Source: Mobula hypostoma (taxonomy: Eukaryota). From it: 64,000 nucleotides of DNA. The DNA lies in contig NC_086110.1 in assembly GCF_963921235.1 (NCBI RefSeq), positions 21,018,001-21,082,000 of the forward strand. Reading direction: 5' to 3'. The translations under genes and the position numbers were made by a program. The stretch's first letter is position 1. Each line of letters opens with the position of its first letter. This document shows, piece by piece, positions 60,747-64,000 of the stretch. Below the pieces are notes generated by a model, which was given only the letters and a program-made list of their open reading frames with translations, was not told the DNA's origin and ran no database searches.

Positions 60747-62750
60747 GATAAGCACGAGTCCTTCCCCATCCCGTTGTGACACACATCATGCCCTCTGGGT
60801 AGTTATCAGATACAGCGGCGAGACAGACTGGTGACACATGACTGTTGAACTGAACGGGGGTTGCAAGCTTCACCACAGAAACATCATAATTAACGGTGGA
60901 TGGGTTCCACTTGGGGTGTGTAATGACCTGTAACAGAGAGAACATGGATGACGGCTGTGCCTAGTACTCATCTTTTACAGTTGGCACTTGCTTGAGACCG
61001 ATAACTTCAGACTCTCCTGGATTTCATGTCAATGGAGCTGCACTCATGAATGGGGAATTGCTTATTCAAAATAGAATTCAAAAGCCCTTCATTAGAAAAC
61101 AAAGTCAGCAATTTAAAGAGAAATAGATAGACTTACAAGCTGGAAGTGGAAATAAGTGGCTGCATTCTGTGGTTTACCATCACACTGGTGCTGTCGTCTT
61201 GTATAAAACATCTTCAGTTTTTCCTTTCTGAATATGATTAATATTTTTGGGATAATTAGTTTTTTTTCAGTTGCCTAGACACTTCGATCAAGCCAGCAGT
61301 TCATGTGCTCATTTCTAAACTCTATATGAGCAAAACAGCAATCACCTCAGCACAATAGACAACAATTTCTCATTGCATCTACATCTGTCTCAAATGCTAA
61401 TGAACTTCTTGCAAACCACTCGACACCAGGACACAACGATGGTCAGAAGACAAAAAGAAGATGCAAACATCATTCAGAAGTATCAGCAATCAATCCCAAA
61501 TCATTGACTCAAAATGGTTCAGCTTTGCAAAGAATTAAGCAATCGTTGGTAATCTGTTGATACACCAACCTTATCTAGGACAAGGAGACAAAGGGCAAAT
61601 CATGTAGAGAAAAGGGTGCCAGTCCAGCTACCAGGACAGAGAGGTTCAAACATTACCGTGTGTGCAGTCATATAGACACTGGCATTCAGGCATACAGCCC
61701 AAAGACTGGACCTTATACCGACCCACACATTATCAAATTCCCTGATGGGCTTTACAGGCAACCCTTAGTGAACAGGACACCAGGATCAATGGCCACTCTA
61801 TGCCATGCATTCCAACATGAAATGTCTAATCTGTTTGCTTCATGTTTGTACTTATGACTGAGTTTGTCTTTTCACTTACTACACTGCAAGTAACATTTAT
61901 TGCTGGAAGGCCCATGTGTCAGGGTATTGGGGCTAGTGCAGAGGAAAATTAATCTGATTGAAACTGGGGCCCCAACGCCTGAGGGAAGTGATATGTAACA
62001 ATCTTTTATCATCTTCAGCAGCACCTGAAATAATTCTTGCTTTTGCTTGTTATCGATATCTAGTGATTCTATTCTTGGTGCTATGAAGTTTATCATGGAG
62101 AGGCATATTCATATTGGAGATTGAAACCACTTTCGGTGTTGGACACCCCTTACTAAGATCCTGTGTCCTGTCTGTACGGCATCCATCTCTGCACATCATT
62201 TTGGATCCTAACAGTACTGTAGCCCAAATTTGACCTGAATTCAAACAAATTCCTAGTTTTACAGGGAGATACATACCTTAGCAATGGACATGGATTTCTG
62301 GCTGGCTTCAGCTTTTGAGCTTTTGTCATGGGCACCAACAATAGCAAAGTCGTTCGTACTGTATGTGACAAAAGAAAAACAAAAGCAGTGACAGAGTTTG
62401 CTTGTTGCAAGATACCAGCAACTCCAAGCTTCATCAGTGGTGGGGGGGGGGGGTGGAGGGAAAATTGTACTTTCCAGTCAACGATTTCCCAAACTATTCA
62501 TGCAAGGATCTTCCCTCGTTAGGTCAATGTTCATGCCCACAAGAGCAATTTTTCTTTGCCTCATATATCACTTTGAACAAAAATATCAGTTAAAGCTGCA
62601 TCATCCCTCAGGAATTAGAGAATGATTCACCAGCACATTTCTTTCTCTCTTTGTAGGTGTTAAGGCTTACCTCACTTCACAATGTGCAGCGGTGACAACC
62701 CAGTTTTCATTGATCAACTAACCACCGCAGAAATGCCAACCAGAGTCACT
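60747..62750 (-). pseudogene. ctrb: Chymotrypsinogen B-like copy D: exons 3-5 only in window, nonsense codon, exons 6-7 deleted
   Basis: Exons 62671-62750 (HFCGG*LIN, TAG at 62718-62720), 62277-62358, 60747-60927; intron 5 runs into agrp-2 near 56545. Confidence 0.9.
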
Positions 62751-63271
62751 CTGTTACACGAGGAAAAAGGATGCTCAGTATTACCACAAAAACACCTTAA
62801 GTTTTTCTCCACCATACGGAAGTAGTTTTATTGAAAGTTGACAGTGACTCCAGATTGCAAATTGGGTAAAAGGAAGCAAGACTCATAATATAACAAGGAA
62901 GTTATCAAACGTCATTGGATCATGAATTCAAAGAAATTCGTTGGAGAAAAAAGTTCTAAAGATGCAATAAATAACTACCGCAAAACTTTAATTTTAAATG
63001 TAACATATGATGAGAAATAGGGCTAATATTGTAATACCAAGAACAGTTAAGTGGGATTTAGAAAATGATGTGGAAATCTGAAAAGTTGGATAAGAATAAG
63101 TTGGAAAGGGAGTTTGAAAAATGAATAAAAGATAATGTAAGGCAGTTTATGGGGATATAAGATATTTTCCTGAAGAATATTTAAAGTAAAGAGAGCCTGG
63201 AACCAATGTGAGAGGAGAGACGGAGATGAATTGTGCAAGATGAAATGGCAGCAAGATATTAGGCACTGGAT

Positions 63272-64000
63272 GGAGTTCTGCCTGCAGCTCAACGGAGTAA
63301 CGTGTAAAGTCTGTGGCTGCCTTTAATTCCTCCTTTTCCCCAATTTAATTCTTGAATTATTCAACTTATATTTTCTGTATCTTGGAAGGAAATAGTGGTT
63401 ATTATGTCGTATCCTTTAAGAAGTGGAAAACAGCCTTCTAAACCCAGCAATGGAAAGGGAAAAACTTCAAAAGAAAAATCAGAAGACATGCCTGTCTGGG
63501 CTGAGCGTTTGGAACGTGCGTTGATGGATCTCGATAACAAAGTGGTTAATAACACTTCTGAATTGAAGTCGTTCCGACAGAGTGTACAGACTATTGAGGA
63601 AAATATTCTTTCCCTGAATACTGAGCTTAAAGAATCGAAATGTCAGATTGCGGATATTTCAACCCGATTGGAACAGACTCAACGCAAAATTGTCCATTTA
63701 GAGGCAAAGTCTTGAAGAAACAACATTCGTATTTTAGGTCTTTCGGAAGGCTCAGAATTTGAGGATCTATTGGATTATTTTGCCAATCTGTTTCACTCTC
63801 TGCTCCCAGATATTCTGTCTCAGCCGCCCGATATTGAAAGAGCTCACAGAATTTTCACTGCGTCAGGTAAAGCTCGACCAATTTTAGTCAACTTTCTTCG
63901 CTTTAAAGTTAAAGACCAAATTATAAAATGTGCAAGAAAACAGAAAGTTTTTAAATTTAACGGTTCCGAGATCCGTTTTTATGAAGATTATCCACGGGAA
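63272..64000 (+). mobile_element. LINE-1 5' end and ORF1 (one nonsense codon), inserted in ctrb-D intron 2
   Basis: ATG 63404, coiled coil, LEAKS*RNNIRILGLSEG, IERAHR, RPILVNF, FNGSEIRFYEDYP (L1 ORF1p motifs); homology to the other copies stops at 63271. Confidence 0.85.

Noticed and set aside
26153-63271. All duplications being assembly artefacts
   Set aside because: Copies differ by several percent and carry private TE insertions with TSDs and distinct deletions; read depth is still needed for full exclusion

Overview
Eukaryotic (vertebrate) genomic DNA. The repeat content (CR1, Rex1/Babar, Penelope-like, HE1/V-SINE-like, Tc1, Gmr1-like Gypsy) suggests a cartilaginous fish such as a ray or shark; this is inference only. 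The window is a recently rearranged cluster in which four copies of a 7-exon chymotrypsinogen B-type gene (ctrb) are interleaved with two copies of agouti-related protein (agrp). Order: ctrb-A(-, exons 1-4 in window, intact) / Gypsy fragment / agrp-1(-, intact, 137 aa) / ctrb-B(-, complete 264-aa ORF but C191G and G193D next to Ser195) / about 4-kb spacer / ctrb-C(+, inverted copy of B, exon 2 broken by Tc1, SINE in the 5'UTR) / agrp-2(-, exon-2 acceptor lost, cystine knot diverged) / ctrb-D(-, nonsense codon in exon 3, exons 6-7 deleted, L1 in intron 2). Two unexpected in-frame chimeras can be read directly from the sequence. First, SINE ATG + ctrb-C signal/propeptide + Tc1 DNA-binding domain. 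Second, ctrb-D exon 5 spliced to the first coding exon of agrp-2. Whether either is expressed cannot be determined from sequence. All exon coordinates were derived by hand from GT/AG boundaries and phase.
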